Shown here: positions 35,785 through 48,139 of the stretch, one piece after another
Position numbering within the stretch: position 1 is the stretch's first letter
Layout: each line of letters begins with the position of its first letter
Assembly: GCF_001194135.2 (NCBI RefSeq)
Contig: NC_068989.1
Span: 19,552,412 to 19,616,411, forward strand
From: Octopus bimaculoides
Taxonomy: Eukaryota
Length of the DNA: 64,000 nucleotides
Direction of reading: 5' to 3'
Made by a program: the position numbers and the translations under genes
The notes under the pieces: model-generated
Seen by the model: the letters and a program-made list of their open reading frames with translations, nothing else
What the model was told of the DNA's origin: nothing
The model's database searches: none

Positions 35785-35912
35785 AAATGTGTGAACCAGC
35801 AGAATAATCAGAACGTTGGAATTCTGAGATTGTTTTCAGCAGTTCAACATTTTCTGTACCAAAGTTTTGACTCCACTCACAGGTTTTTACCATGAGTCGC
35901 AACACCCTTTGG
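35785..35912 (-). ncRNA. SNORA13: Box H/ACA snoRNA, SNORA13/snR35-like, copy 2
   Basis: 5' hairpin identical to copy 1, H box ACAGAA, and a diverged but still paired 3' hairpin ending GUUCA-C-ACA-UUU. Confidence 0.88.
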
Positions 35913-37213
35913 AAAACAATCACGAGGAAACAAAAGCGGCAGTACATCGAACTAGCTGTGCTATATACCTAATCAACCTAATTTTCGTTTTAACGTCCAC
36001 TTTCCATGCCATATTTTTTTACGACCAGATGCCCTCGCCAATCCTCACCTATTCCCAATTTAGGTATTTTCGGTCTACCATATTTTCTCATTGAAGTTTG
36101 GAAACGGAGGGTACGACTCCCATGACGTCCCCCCCCCCACCATTTTAAGGTCCGCCTGAGACTAGGGTGAAAGATACTCGCAGCAGGTGCCACGCAGTAG
36201 GACTGAAACCGAAACCACACAGCCTCTCTAGTTAAAACTAATTTTGTATCTTCTCATTACAGTAAATGTTTTGCTTTGAAGAATAACGATATCTAAAAAT
36301 ATGCAAACTTGTCTCCTGCGTGTTTTGAATTCAGGCCTGTTCCAATCGAGCAAACCTATGTGATTAAAGACCTTATTTTTTCAATATTACAGATATCTAC
36401 TACTACTTTATACAAGTTTTATTTGTATTTAAAATGGTAGGGTGTGATTTGGGTACTATTTTTAGCAGATCTAGAGACCACACTTACAGGTCTCGGGGTG
36501 TGTCATCGCTGCTTTCTGAAGAAAAGTATGAAGTGAGAGTAACTAGGGATCGAAAATTGTATGTGGAATAAAACCGAGCATTCCTGATGTGAAAGGGATA
36601 AAAGAATTAAGAGCAAAGTGATCATATTTTGACGCTTATTCAGTCGCCTTGTACATGAATGAAATAAATGTTTCTACTTTAAGGCACAAGGCCTGAAATT
36701 TTGGGGGAGGGGGCCATTCGATTACATCGACTCCAGTGCGAAACTGGTACTTGATTTATCGACTCCAGCGGCATTTGAACTCAGAACGTAAAGACAGATG
36801 AAATACCGATATGCATTTCGCCCGGCGTGCTAATGATTCTGCCAGTTCGCCGCAGAATGAAATAAGGGTAAGATAAAAACAAAAACACGAATAAAAATTG
36901 CAAATCTTCGTTTCTACATGAATGACAAACTTTCCCGAGAAAAATAAATAGGATATGGTAACTTTTATGCTAGTTACAAAAAAAAAAAGTTAAAGAGCTT
37001 ATGAAAAGCCTTAGCGATCTTTCGTTTAGAGAACCTTAAATTTAGGATTGTAAATGAAAGGAAACTAAGCCAAAAACGTAGTACAAGATCTCCCGTGTAT
37101 AATACAGGACTATTACAAGATACACACCAGAGGTATATAATAAAGTAGGCAAAAATAATTTCAAAATATAATTGAGAAAAAGAAAACGTGTAAACCACGT
37201 GTGTGGAGCATAC

Positions 37214-37263
37214 CATTTCCTTGGGATATACATATCCACGAATTCACCTGCTTCGTTCTGCAT
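37214..37263 (-). CDS. RPS21: RPS21 coding exon 1 (MQNEAGEFVDMYIPRK); the exon begins at 37291 with 5' UTR
   Basis: Canonical eS21 N-terminus; acceptor tttactattgcag| and donor TG|gtatgc; 50 coding nt. Confidence 0.98.
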
Positions 37264-37397
37264 AATCCTTTCTTTATTCTAAGAAAATCTTCTGCAATAG
37301 TAAAGAAACAAAATGCGAGACTTAACAAATCATTGTACATTTAAAACCCTCAGTAATTCCATTATTAGTTTTAAGAAGAATCACACCAACAACTTAC

Positions 37398-37430
37398 AGT
37401 TAAAATGGACGACCGTGAAAAGGAAGAGGA
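37398..37430 (-). promoter_or_regulatory. RPS21: RPS21 TCT/5'-TOP start and non-coding exon 1
   Basis: TCCTCTTCCTTTTC pyrimidine tract with a TCT-motif match (TC-C+1-TTTTC, C at 37422), followed by donor |gtaagt at 37397. Confidence 0.8.
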
Positions 37431-40400
37431 ACACGAGATTTCGGGTAAATTATAACGAGAATCACGTTGTCCTCTCGTTCAGTATTTTTTTTTACGGGGG
37501 AGAATAAAAAGAATTAAAAAGGTTTCCTTTCATAAATGTAATTTTAATTGTTAAAATAACTATTATTTCTAAATATGAATTAGCTTAACGATTAAATACA
37601 TATGTTTATTTTATGAATTAAAAAAAAATTCATACATCTGTAAGAGTGCAGACGCACACCTCTTCCTGTAATACCGCAAAAATAAAACCGGAGATCGTCT
37701 CATCTCGTTCCTTTCTAATTCTTCCAAATCCCAAATCTGTTCAACCCCATGTCTTTGCGCCAATTATCTACAAATATTCTCGGTTGAGGATTTGTAATAC
37801 AAACGAATAACCTCAGTCGCTAGTCACAGAACAAGGTGATTGCTTATAATAGTGCTTTAAACCTGTGCACATGGCCGTAAAGGCATACATATGCAATGTA
37901 CATTTCCGACTTTGTTTCCTTTAACTTTGAATACTTTCTAATGAAATAATCACAAATTTATTTCTGTTGATGTAGATTACAGTTATATCAGAATTTGTTG
38001 TGAAAATTGTTTGGGAGGTGGGGATAAGAGTTTCGCATAATTCACACGCCTCACCCTTGATTTCTCATGTTTTGATGTAAACTGCAATCACGGAAAAAAA
38101 TAAATTGAGGATTCTTTCTCCTTTTCCCTTTTGGAATTTGTTAAATGAATTATCAGTATCTCTACCGCCATTCATGCCAGTTTTCAAAATACAAGGTCAA
38201 ATTTACCACAGAATAAGTTTCGTTGTATAATACAGATGAAAATATTCCTAAATATGCTCAAGTTTAAATTATTCATGATTTAAATGACCAAATTAATATC
38301 AGAAATAGATTTCCCGCAAGAAAATTAGGCGGAGGTAAAGAATACGTACACCACCCGTTTTCGGCATAATCCTCACCCTAAACACCGGGTGTGCATATTC
38401 TTCGCCACATTACCAAATAAAATATGCTTATTAGTCGTTGCACCAGAAAATAACGGGCTAATCTTTTGGAATACGTCTCAGACTTATCTTCGTCATTTTC
38501 CCTAACACTAATTTAAATTATGTACTTTTGTTAATAAAATATAATTTAGATCAATAAATGATAGGTCATTCTAGTTTTCAATAAAATGAAATGTTTCAGC
38601 TGCTAATTTTTGTTTCCATAAATTATGCTGGTATCTCTGGAAAATTTCATATTATTAAAAAGATATTCATTTGACAAGTTCCAGGTGGAATACTCCTCAA
38701 AAGTATATATTATTCAACACTACTAGAATCTACATCGCAAAAACATATGAAGAAACAAAGTCGGGATGCATGAAATATCTGCCCCTCTCCATTTTTTTTT
38801 CACATTAAATTTCGGTGTAACCTTAATGCACACTATCTGAAAGACATTTGTAGAAAATGAAAAACCGATTTTTCTGAAAGTTATGAGGTGGAGTCGAGGC
38901 TGTGGTAAGTTTGCTTCCCAACTACATGGTTCCGAGTTCAGTTCCTCTGTGTGATATGTTGAACGTGTTTTCTATAGCCTCCAACCAACCAAAGCTGTGT
39001 CAGTGGATTTGGTTGATGGAAACTGAAAGGAGCCTGTCATATACATGTCTATGATTGTGCCCCACCACTGCTTGACAACTGGTGTTGGTGTGTTTATGTC
39101 TTTGTAACAATGGTTTGGCAAAAGAGACCAATAGAATAAGTACCAAGCTTAAAAAGATAAGTACTGGGGCCAATTTGTTCAACTAAAATTCTTCAAGGTG
39201 GTGCCCCAGCATGGCTTCAGCCTTTTGACTAAAGCAATTGCAAAGATAAAGAAAATCGCAGCATGTGAATTATCCAAAAACTTATCTCAACACCTCCTGA
39301 TGAAACAATTTTCACTAAATCCGATATAGTTGTAATCTATACCATGTGAAACTCGTATAAAATTTCATTAAAATAACATCCCCTTTTCAGAAAGTTTTGA
39401 GGAAACAAATTCAGGCAGGAGACACATTTGCATAGTTATAACTGCATGGAAATTAGGGGAAGGGGTTATATAGGCACCAGTGCTGAACTGGAACTCATTT
39501 TATTGACCCCGAAGGAATGAAGGGAAAAGTTGACCTTGGTGAGATTTGGTCTCAGAAAGTAAAAAGTTGGAATAAATACCATAAAGCATTTTGTTTGACA
39601 GTAATGTTTCAGTCAAGCCACCACTTTTACTAATAATAACAGTTTCTTAATTAGGCACAAAGCCTACAATTTTGAAAGAGGGATCTTGATACAATTGATC
39701 CCAGTGCTTAAGTGGTACTTTTCTATTTCATTGATGCCGGAGGGGTTGTCCTTAGTGGAATTTCAATTCAAAATGTAAAGAGCTGGAACAATTATTGCAT
39801 AGCATTTTTTTCCTAATGTTTTCACAATTCTGCTCACTGCCTTAAAATAATTTCTAATTGAGGTATAAGGTCAACAATTTTGAGGGGAGATCTTGAAAGG
39901 AATGAAAGGCAGAGTTGACCTCAGCAAGATTTTAATTCAGAATGCTACCTTAATAATAATTATGCACCAGTGACAGGTAAAAGGCACCTGTACTTGTGAC
40001 ACGTAAATGGGCACCAGTGTTGGTGATGTAAAAGACACCCAGTACACTGTAAAGTACTTGATGTTAGGAAGAGCATCCAGCTGTAGAAACCACGTCAAAG
40101 AAAATACAAGCCTGGTACAGCTCTAGTCAAACTGTCTACCCAGCATGGAAAATGGATATTAAATGATAATGATTTAAGGTTATGCACCAACACATAAGTG
40201 AGGGCTTGGTTGCAGTATAACTTGATTCACCAACTACTGGCATGGGTTGTACGGTTTGACCAGAGCTGGCAAGCTGGGGAGTTGTTCCAGGTTCTAGTCC
40301 TATTTGGCTTGGTTTCTATGGCTGGATGCCACTTCTTAATGCCAACCACTTTACAGTGTGTACTGGGTGCTTTTAACATGGCACCACATGTGTGTTTTTA

Positions 40401-40546
40401 CATGATACCAACATGAGTGCTTTTTATGTGGCACTGGCACATGACACTTGCAGGCCAATCCTCTTCACCACCAAGGGGAGTAACCTTAACACTTCTGCTG
40501 TGGAGGACAGGTCTTCTTGAGTAAAAAAAAAATAACTAAAACTATA

Positions 40547-40670
40547 CCAACAACACTCTGCAAAGACATAGTGATCTTCTCAAATTCCATTAAACAGGTG
40601 ATCATGTGGGAACTGACATTACTCTTAAAAGAACATGTGGAGTAAGTGCATGAGAGGATGCTTGTTGGGA
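40547..40670 (+). mobile_element. HERO/R2-like non-LTR element, RLE-domain relic (5' part)
   Basis: PTTLCKDIVIFSNSIKQVIMWELT...EHVE resembles the RPD..ELT restriction-like endonuclease motif. Confidence 0.6.
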
Positions 40671-40865
40671 CAATAACATCCATCAAGACTTCCATGCATC
40701 CTGAAATTCACAATCAGTACATTCAATTCCCACACCCCCATTTTTTTTTTATCAATGACATATTCACTGTTGACTTCCTGTGTATATTCTATGTATTGTT
40801 CACTTTTTCTGATCAGTTATAGTGCACCTGAGCACTATATACAATAAGTTTATTTTATTATATGT

Positions 40866-41204
40866 GGTTAGGGCAGCGGACTCGCGGTTTCGATTCCCAG
40901 ACCGGGCGTTGTGAGTGTTTATTGAGCGAAAACACCTAAAGCTCCACAAGGCTCTGGCAGGGGATGGTGGCGAACCCTGCTGTACTCTTTCACCACAACT
41001 TTCTCTCACTCTTCCTTCCTGTTTCTGTTGTGCCTGTAATTCAAAGGGTCGGCCTTGTCACACTGTCATGCTGAATATCCCTGAGAACTACGTTAAGGGT
41101 ACACATGTCTGTGGAGTGCTCAGCCACTTGCACGAGCAGGCTGTTCCGTTGATCGGATCAACTGGAACCCTCGACGTCGTAAGCGACGGAGTGCCAACAA
41201 CAAC
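40866..41204 (+). mobile_element. 5'-truncated tRNA-derived SINE (same family as 20432-20820)
   Basis: High identity to the 20432-20820 copy; TSD ATTATATGT at 40857-40865 and 41205-41213. Confidence 0.9.
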
Positions 41205-41210
41205 ATTATA

Positions 41211-41560
41211 TGTCAGTGCCAGGTGCTGGTAGAGCAGTGCAAAGATCAGGGTTGGCAGACATGTTGTGAGGCAATAGAAGTGAGCTGTCGAGGGTTTGTG
41301 GGGGCGTTCATTTTGCAAAGCTCTGACTGCGTTTGGAGTTACTGGTGCAGGGAAGAGGAAGGCTATAAATTCCATCACTGAAGCTGCAGAGAATGCCACG
41401 AAGTGGCTTTGGATAAGGAAGGCAGACCAGTAGTTTGTTGCTATTGGGATGGAAACTGGGGCATGATCAACCCCAGCTAGGTCAACTGGATGAGGGGTCT
41501 GATGCTAAAAGACTCGAAACCCACCCAAAGTCCAGAAACATCACTGATGCTGCATTCCAG
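41211..41560 (+). mobile_element. HERO-like non-LTR element, C-terminus and 3' UTR relic
   Basis: QVLVEQCKDQGWQTCCEAIEVSCRGFVG...KRKAINSITEAAENATKWLWIRK* (stop at 41431-41433). Confidence 0.75.
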
Positions 41561-41899
41561 AACATTTGCAAAATGCATTTAAAAAGAAAAAACCCCAAAA
41601 GGAACTAACAATGCAAGGACGATAACCCTATATTGAGTAATCTCCCTTTACTTTTAAAATTTCGTTTGTCGTCTGCTTTAACAGAAATTTGCAACGTAAA
41701 TAGGATTAATAAAGTCCAAGAGCTTTCGGTAAAGGTTTTCTATTTCTCTCTCTTTTCCATTAAGGAATGTGAAAATAAACAGGCAGGAATTTCTTTTTCA
41801 TTCTTTGCTGAAACGATAGCATATTTAGTAAAAAAAAATCAGTCCTTTTTTTTGATTATCAAGTTTAGTCTGAAGATTAATATTTCTAGAAGGATTTCT

Positions 41900-43140
41900 G
41901 CAGTGTGTGGGTGGAAGGATATATTGGTGGGAGGAGCGTGTAGGAGAGTATTGGGGGTAAGGTATGTCCGTGTGAAAGTGTGTGTAGGAGGAGTGTATAA
42001 GGGAGGAGTATGTATGTAAGGGAGGAACATGTGCTGAGGAAGAGTTCATGGGAGGTGTGTGTATGTGTGTGTGAGTAGGAATGTGTGTAGGCGAGGATGG
42101 TTTGTGTATGTCTAAAAAGATTGCACAGCGGAGGAGTATATATGTGTGTGGAGACTGTATGACGAACACATAGAAGGAGGAGTGTGTGCATGTGTAAGAG
42201 TGTGTTAGAGGAGTATGTATGTTGGAACTGAGGTGCGAGTGTAGGGAGGAAGTTCTTGTCAAAGAGTCCTGTTGTCCTATGTGTGTCCATAAGAGAGAAG
42301 AATCAGTGTGTGTATGTGTGAGTGTGTTAGTTTCCTGTAAGTATGTGTGCTTGTTATTCATGTGTGTGGATATATGTATGGCTATATCTATATATACAGG
42401 TGCATTTGCTATGGGTGTGTATATGGGATGAAGTGGTAAAGACAGATCTCAGGATGTTGGGCCTTATAGAGGAAATGACAATGGACTGAAATGTCTGGCG
42501 ATATGAGGTTCTTGAGAAGACCCGCCCACATCAGCAAAACTGAATTCTAGAAGCACTGTGTTCCACCCACACATAACAAGAAAATTTTCCTCACACCCTG
42601 CCCAAACAAACCAAACTACATCTCTACATCTCTTCCACATGTTTCCTCTTACGTGCACTATGTTCACCTCTCACTCCCCAATCCTGTCCACACTACTCCG
42701 TTTCTCTGTATCATTGCCATCTGGTAGCCCCCCCACCCACCCTCAGGTTTTCCAAACTCACTGCATTCCCCTTTCCCACTCTCTACTCATGCTTCTTTGG
42801 GAATGTCCTATCACTTATATTATGACCTTTGAACCTCAAGGGTACTTCTCACCATCTATCTCTCTTCTTTTAGTTGACCATCCCATTTATATTCTGATCC
42901 CTGTCCCTTGTAAGTATGTCTGACACTTTGCCACCATCTCTCTCCTGCTGTCTCCCACTCTCTCTCTCTTTCTCCTGCTCTTCCCTCAGGTTGGGTAACC
43001 ATGTATCTCCTTTACAGCAGTGTGCCTGTCTCTGTCCTCATTCCTGATATCTCTTTCTCTCTCTCTCTTGTCATATAATCTTGTACCTCCTTTACAGCAT
43101 GACACCTGTTCTGTCTCTCTGTCTCACTATAACCTTTCAT
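41900..43140. repeat. Low-complexity block: GT/GA-rich, then CT-rich
   Basis: Degenerate (GT)/(GGA) runs at ~41900-42430 and pyrimidine-rich sequence at ~42560-43140. The overlapping ORFs are compositional artefacts. Confidence 0.7.
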
Positions 43141-45171
43141 CATCTGATATAAGATCACCTCTTCTAATGCCCCGCTTCCCTCTCAAAAGATTTTTGTCTT
43201 GCAAGTTACTCAGTGACCCTGTCAGTGCAGGTGCCACTTAAAAAACATTATGTCAGCACTGTAAAGTGGCTGGCATTTGGAAGGGCATCCAGCTGTAAAA
43301 ACCATGCCAAAACTGACCTTGCCTGTACTTGTACCACGTAAAAAGCTCTCAGTCCACTCTGCTAGGTGGTTGGTGTTAGGAAGGGCATCCTGCCATAAAA
43401 ACCCTTCCAAAACAGACACAGAAGTCTGGTGCAGGCTTCCGCCTGGTTGGCTCCTGTCAATCCATCCCACCCATACCAGCATGGAAGGCAGACATTAAAC
43501 AATGATGTTGATGTATGATGTGTAACTACTTGTATTATGTAAGTTTGTCAGCATGTATGCATATGAAAAAAAACAATATGTTTGTGTTGGAGTACTTGTG
43601 TGTGTGTGAGAGAGAGAGAGAAATATATATAAATATATGTGTGTGTGTGTGATGAATATAAATGTATGTGCATGGATGTGTTTGAGATGTATACAAGTGC
43701 ATTACATGGGAGTGTGTGTATGACTGTGTGAAAGAGTGCATTTATGAGTATGTGAGAGAGAGAGAGGATAAATATGGTGGTATGAACATGTGTGTGAGTA
43801 TATGTAGCTATTTACAAGTTTTATCTCTTATTCCTCCATTTATTGTATTCTCTCTTCTCTCTGTCTACTTAAGAACTAATTAAGTTTGCTCTGCCAGATC
43901 TGAAATATTTGCAATATGCATAGCATATATGAATGGAGGATGTTTCACATCTCACATTTACTGCAAAGCACTTGAGCTAATGCAAGAGTCTAAATATGGT
44001 CACTCAACATACGGAAAACTACAGCCCAATCTTCTTCAAACCAGACCCTACTGATTGGAAGACAAAACAAAAGCAACCCCCTCCCTAAAAAAAGAACAGA
44101 AAAACCTAAGATGCATTGCATAAAGTAGCCTGGGGCTACACTCTTCTTGATTAAAAAACAACAGTGCATATGAACGGCTATGTTTGCTTTGCCTAGGGAT
44201 TCAATAATAATTTGCAAGTACAATTTGGTATCTGTAAAGCATACATATTTATGTGTGTGTGTGTGTGTGAGAGAGAGAGAGTGCGTGTGTGTGTTTGAGA
44301 GAGAGAGAGAGTGTGCGTGTGTGAGAGAGAGAGAGAGAGAGAGAGTGTGTGTGCGCATGCGTGTATGTGTATGCACATATTAAGGTTGTTAGTTTCCAAT
44401 CTATGGAGAAATAGCTTAAGTTGTTCTGTTTACATATCTACTATATAGTTTATACACACACACACACACACATACACATACATACACACATGTGTATGTG
44501 TGTGTGTGTGTGTACATGTGTGTTATCATCATCATCATCATCATGTAATGTCCATATCCCATGCTGGCATAAATTGGACAGTTTGACAGGATCCAATAGA
44601 TCCAAGGACTGCATTATGCTCCACTGTCTACTTTGGCATGGTTTCTTCAGCTGGATGTTCTTCCTAATCCCAACCATTTTACAACATGTACTGAATGCTA
44701 TTTCAGCTCAACCATCACTAGTGAGGTTGTCATGCAGCTTGCAAGACCATGAATCCTAAGAGATGAAAGATTAAATTATAAGAGAAGGGACCAGAGCAGA
44801 ACAGTTTTCTTGATGTAAAGGAGCTACATGGTTAATCACATTTTAGAAGACAGAGTTGGGGTGATCAGGATGGAGCTGGGAAGAGATAAAAAGCAGTAGT
44901 GAAGAGATGTCAGGGTGACTCTCAAGGAAGAAGGGGAGTAAAGTGAGGTGGGCCACATCAACATGTAAAATGTCACCAATTGATTAGAAGAATCACAGAG
45001 CTGACAGTGAAATATGAAATAATTAGACTGAAGAATTTGGAAATCTACATAATGTATGATGTAATCTATTATGATTGGATTAAATAAAATTTCTAACAAA
45101 ACAATTGTCACAAATTTAAACTCTATTTGTTCATTTCTTTATTATATATATACTATATATGTATGTATGTA

Positions 45172-45884
45172 TCATCATCATCATCATTATCATCATCGTT
45201 TAACGTCCGCTTTCCATGCTAGCATGGGTTGGACGATTTGACTGAGGACTAGTGAAACCGGATGGCAACACCAAGCTCCAATCTAATTTGGCAGAGTTTC
45301 TACAGCTGGATGCCCTTCCTAACGCCAACCACTCCAAGAGTGTAGTGGGTGCTTTTACGTGTCACCTGCACGAGGGCCAGTCAGGCGGTACTGGCAACGG
45401 CCATGCTCAAAATGGTGTCTTTTATGTACCACCCGCACAAGAGCCAGTCCAGGGGCACTGGCAACGATCTCGCTCGAAAATCCTATGAAGGCCAGTCACT
45501 CTTTTACTTGTTTCAGTCATTTGCCTGTGGCCATGCTGGAGCACCGCCTTTTAGTCGAGCAAATCGACCCCAGGACTTATTCTTTGTAAGCCTAGTACTT
45601 ATTGTATCAGTCTCTTTTGCCGAACCGCTAAGTTACGGGGGCATAAACACACCAGCATCGGTTGTCAAGTGATGTTGGAGGGGACACAGACACATACACA
45701 TATAAATATATATACATATATACGACGGGCTTTTTTCAGCTTCTGTCTACCAAATCCACTCACAAGGCTTTGGTCAGCCTGAGGCTATAGTAGAAGACAC
45801 TTGCCCAAGGTGCCACACAGTGGGACTGAATGTGGAACCATGTGGTTCATAAGCAAGCTACTTACCACACAGCCACTCCTATGC

Positions 45885-45885
<1 letters not shown>
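45172..45885 (-). mobile_element. Two adjacent SINEs: RTE-tail type (45172-45488) and tRNA-headed Nin-domain-like type (45498-45885)
   Basis: (CAT)n tail plus GGGCATCCAGCTGTAGAAAC core. The second has the GCCTTGTGAGTGGATTTGGTAGAC core and a GGAGTGGCTGTGTGGTAAG head. Confidence 0.85.
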
Positions 45886-45950
<65 letters not shown>

Positions 45951-46279
45951 TTGTGTGTGTGTCTGTGTGTGTGTGTGTGCTGGTGCCATGTAAAAAACAT
46001 CCAGACTACACTGTATTTGGAAGGGCATCCAGCTGTTAAAAACCACTCTAAAATTGACCTCACTTGTGCTGATACCACATAAAAAGCACCCAGTCCACTC
46101 TGCAGGGTGGTTCGTGTTAGGAAGGGCTTCCAACTGTAGAAACCATGCCAAACATTGAAGCTTGGTGCAATTTTCTACCTAGCCAACTCCTGTCAAACCG
46201 TCCAGCCCATGCCAGCATAGAAAGCAGATGTTAAATGATGATGTTGATGGTGAGGATGAGGATAATGGTGATGGTGGGA

Positions 46280-46810
46280 CATCATTAATTTTCAAAAGTA
46301 GACTGTTAAATCATTTGAGTTCATTTAAAGACAAAAATAAAAGGTTCCAAACGAATCTTAGCAAATTAATCTGGTCTTTTAAGGACAGTAACAAAGACTA
46401 TACTATTAAATGGGAATTATTGGGTTGTCCGGAAAGTTCGTGCCGATTTATAGTAACTTACCTTTCGACTTATTTGCCATGAAACCACCTCAGTTCTGGG
46501 AAGAGGGTATTTTCAAGTTAGAGGAAAGATGGAGACGCATTGTGCAACAAAATGGTTCATATTTGGTTGATTAAAAATGTAATGGCAAGTATTTATTGAC
46601 CTTTTTCTTTCCTTTAAAAATCAACATGAACTTTCCGAACAACCCAATAATTTACACCGCAAAACCATACAGACCTGGAACCAATAGATGTGACCTATTT
46701 TACTGGATTTTCACATCCAAAGGTTATGTAGTAAATTCTAGACAGGAACAAGATGGGAACAAGCACTGAGATGCTTGCACATGAGGAAATTCACATTTGC
46801 CAAATATAAA
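46280..46810 (+). mobile_element. Penelope-like GIY-YIG endonuclease C-terminal relic, split by a MITE
   Basis: FKSRLLNHLSSFKDKNKRFQTNLSKLIWSFKDSNKDYTIKWEL, then after the MITE AKPYRPGTNRCDL...NSR. Confidence 0.75.
46420..46647. mobile_element. Mariner-derived MITE
   Basis: TIRs ttgggttgtccggaaagttc / gaactttccgaacaacccaa with a TA TSD on both sides. Confidence 0.92.
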
Positions 46811-47148
46811 TGAATAATTATCATTTAAACTATACAGGGTTTTGAAATGATGGACTAAAAAGGATTATCTAATGGAGATTGTTTGCATCTTAACTTAATG
46901 GACAGCTTGATATCATACAATGCAGAGTAGATAAAAGAAAATCTTTAAACAGCCAAATTAAAGGATATCAAGTAAAGACTCTGAAGAAACTGCGCCAGTT
47001 TTATAGTAGGGTTGCAATTGCTATGGTTACTAATTGGTGCAATTGAAACATGTGTTGGTTTATGTAAGGTGGTATATAAATTAAAGAATTAAAGGTAATG
47101 CTATGCAACTTCATAGTAATCGTTATTATTAACACACACACACACACA

Positions 47149-47584
47149 CAGAGGATGGACCAAAAGTCACGCACCAAAATATTTGATTGCTTTGTTTATA
47201 TTACGCTAGTATTATTATGGTAGCAAGCTGGCAGCACTGTTAACATGTTGGGCAAAATGCTTAGCAGCATTTTGTCCATCCTTATGTTCTGAGTTCAAAT
47301 TCAGCCATGATTGACTTTGCCTTTCATCCTTTCCGGGTCAATGAAATAGGTACCAGTTATGCACTGAACTTGATGTAGTTGACTAACCGCCTCTCCCAAA
47401 ATTTCAGGCCTTGTGCCTATAATAGAAAGGATTATTGTTATTCATTTTATTCATTATGTACAAATATGTAATAGTCATCATTATTTTATTTATTTCATTC
47501 AATTTTAGGAAATTTGAAGCATGCCTTTGGCAATTCCAGAGCATATTGAACTTATTTTATGTGTGACTTTTGGCCCCCACCCTG
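47149..47584. mobile_element. Tc1-type MITE carrying a SINE insertion (~47215-47435)
   Basis: TIRs cagaggatggaccaaaagtcacgca / tgtgtgacttttggcccccaccctg. Confidence 0.7.
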
Positions 47585-47895
47585 TATACACATGCATGCA
47601 TACAGACAGACAGACAGACAAACAAACCAACAATAGGCTTCTTTCAGTTTCTACCCTCCAAATCCACTCATAAGTCTATGGCCAGCCCAAGACTGTAAAA
47701 GAAAACACTTGCTGAAGGTACCATGCAGTGGGACTGAACTTTAAACCATGTGGTTGGGAAGATAACTACTTCATCACACTTGATCAGTAATTTGAAATAA
47801 ATACTATGCAACTGGTTTTATTTAATCTAATGAAATATACTTTCTCATGGTCACTTGTAGGAGTTGGATGGGTCGGTCTGTTTAGGGTTAAAATC

Positions 47896-47995
47896 TTAGC
47901 CAAGGTCGAAGTGTATTGCCAAGATCACAGTGCATTGGCAAGGTAACATTATGCTTCCTGGGTCAGAGTGTACTGCCAAGGTTGCAGTATACTGC
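47896..47995. repeat. Degenerate 19-bp minisatellite (5.3 units; consensus ~AYTGCCAAGGTCACAGTGT)
   Basis: Units start at 47896, 47915, 47934, 47953 and 47972 with an exact 19-bp period. Confidence 0.8.
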
Positions 47996-48108
47996 TGTAT
48001 GGATGCCAGGCAAACCTAGTGATTGAATCAGTTGGTAGCGATAGCTTTTTTGTTTCTTTAAGTAAAGATTTTAAAACACCAGCTGCTGCAGCTACTGATG
48101 ATGATATG

Positions 48109-48139
<31 letters not shown>

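Noticed and set aside
41486-41535. Hammerhead-like stem II plus GAAAC...GUC in the HERO 3' UTR
   Set aside because: The core lacks an intact CUGANGA in register with stem I, and stem III has only 2 bp.
43990-44399. ORFs of 128 aa and shorter
   Set aside because: They start in (CA)/(CT) microsatellite and have no recognisable homology.
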